In this document: positions 63,446-64,000 of the stretch, piece by piece
Position numbering within the stretch: position 1 is the stretch's first letter
Layout: every line of letters starts with the position of its first letter
Assembly: GCF_035084215.1 (NCBI RefSeq)
Contig: NC_090354.1
Span: 3,472,001-3,536,000 of the forward strand
Direction: 5' to 3'
Source: Heptranchias perlo
Taxonomy: Eukaryota
Length of the DNA stretch: 64,000 nucleotides
Made by a program: the position numbers and the translations under genes
The notes under the pieces: model-generated
The model's database searches: none
What the model saw: only the letters and a program-made list of their open reading frames with translations
Told to the model about the DNA's origin: nothing

Positions 63446-64000
63446 ACTTAACACAATTGCACACATTGTCAGATACAACTAATCATAATCGCGTCTGTAA
63501 ATCAAAGCTCGAAGCCTCAAAATAATTGCCATAGTATTGAAATATGTTCCTGAAATATACTTTGCATAAACAGAACCAATTATCTACAATTTAAGCATGA
63601 CGTAGTTTGGAAAATATACGTGTAAAATTGAGCCGTGCACAAAGTTCATTGTTATTAATACAACCTGCGAAAATTGTATTTTTATGCATATACCTTTAAT
63701 AAGGTTTAGAGTTTACAGGTGACCACCCTTACAATAATACCCCTTCTCTAATTACATCGACTTTGTATTGTGTGTGTGCACCGCTAGTTGAGTACCAGAT
63801 GGTAGCCTTGGAGGCTGGTTATTAAGGATTTTTATTGATGTACCCAGTGGAGGCTTTGACCTATTTGGATTCCTCAGTAGCGGTATCATTAATTTCTGGT
63901 AGGGAAAGTGGAGTGGGCGAAGTCTAAAACATTGTTTTTCTTTCAAAAACAATCTTTGATGATTAATTGAATTATATTCTTACAAGTTGATTCTTCATCG

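Noticed and set aside
34267-64000. Intact Hox11, Hox12, Hox13 or mir-10 genes
   Set aside because: No intact homeobox or mir-10 sequence seen; HoxB13 presumably lies beyond the right edge.

Overview
Vertebrate genomic DNA covering the posterior part of a HoxB cluster, with all genes on the minus strand. From left to right: HoxB7 (2990-5091), HoxB8 (6654-7750), HoxB9 (17458-18913), a mir-196 hairpin (~24120-24210) and an intact HoxB10 (27878-34266). About 30 kb of gene-free sequence follows, running towards where HoxB13 would lie outside the window. Hox7 and Hox8 together, B-type N-termini, an intact Hox10, no intact Hox11/12 and shark-type CR1/SINE remnants point to a cartilaginous fish (inference; the species cannot be determined). 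All four genes have two exons and a phase-1 GT-AG intron, reconstructed by hand. The most interesting observations are: (i) a candidate alternative coding first exon inside the HoxB10 intron that splices in frame to the homeobox exon and is bracketed by a 41-bp direct repeat; (ii) a miR-196 gene with two target sites in cis, including a HoxB8 site with three G:U wobbles and no mismatches; (iii) two very degenerate minus-strand homeobox-like traces where the lost HoxB11 and HoxB12 would be expected (speculative); (iv) a dense cluster of nuclear-receptor half-sites at 45.3 kb; (v) a sharp change from transposon-free to transposon-containing sequence at ~50 kb. Three assembly gaps (N runs) limit what can be seen.
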